From Protoeuglena noctilucae (Eukaryota), in assembly GCA_958009085.1 (NCBI GenBank), contig OY253672.1:1302001-1366000 (forward strand): 64,000 bases of DNA, written 5' to 3'. Positions 63,486 through 64,000 of this stretch are shown in pieces. The stretch's first letter is position 1, and each line of letters begins with the position of its first letter. Position numbers and translations under genes: made by a program. The notes under the pieces are model-generated. The model was given only the letters and a program-made list of their open reading frames with translations. It was not told the DNA's origin and did no database searches.

Positions 63486-64000
63486 AGAGGGGAGTTGGCG
63501 TGCGGGGTTGGCGCGCATGTGGTGTGGGTATGGGAGCATGCATAGTTGCGTGATTGCTGGTCGAGTCGACGCCAGCGCTGCCGTGCTGCGCTGGGTTGCT
63601 GCGACATGAGATGACATGCGTCGCGTCGCAGTCGCGCTATTCAAGAGAGGACAGTGTCACACACGGTCAGCGAGCTAGCCAAGTCACATTTATTTACATT
63701 GGTCGCCTATTGTCGCGGTCAGTCTACGCATCCCTGCCTGGTAGTAGTCACCGAGGACGGGCGCGCGCTTGCGCGTCTACAGTTGAGGAACGTGCTGCAC
63801 AACGTCTAGGCAGGAGGAGCGCAAGCTTCCAAGTCCCGAGTCTTTCCCCAGGGTGGCCGTCTATTGGAGGTAGGCCAGTCACAGCTAGGGCGAACAAGAG
63901 GAAAGGCGCAACGGGTGGGGTTTGAAAACTAAAGACCCTTCCTGACAGGGAAAGACATCGCCACCTGCCACTTCCTGCCTGTGCAAGCCTCGCGAAGGAA

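Overview
This is a compact, very GC-rich, intron-rich eukaryotic nuclear segment. It is most consistent with a flagellated green alga (Chlorophyta): it has plastid-targeted HDR/IspH, FtsHi and DUF98 genes, YSPTSPA Pol II CTD heptads, TGTAA poly(A)-signal candidates and the centriole/ciliary genes SAS-4 and TMEM237. I could hand-splice 21 protein genes: a partial coiled-coil gene, RPB1, DUF98/Ycf21-like, Nudix, SAPS/PP6R, HDR, cytosolic HSP70, NSF, TFIIIC subunit 6-like, SEN54, a glutamine-synthetase-like pseudoenzyme, TMEM237-like, RPF2, ARGLU1, FtsHi, EML-like WD40, ALG5, SAS-4/CENPJ, D-cysteine desulfhydrase, pirin and an RppH/Ap4A-hydrolase-like Nudix. I found no rRNA, tRNA, CRISPR or transposon. 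The most notable observations are: (1) a Nudix hydrolase fused to a SAND/VARL-like domain; (2) a catalytically dead GS-like gene with one in-frame TAG at a conserved Tyr and a long spliced tail; (3) at least 12 GC-AG introns; (4) loss of both clamp zinc sites in RPB1; (5) 13 consecutive genes on strictly alternating strands; (6) tandem duplications of exon/5' splice junctions. All exon models and family calls come from reading by eye and recalling motifs, not from database searches.
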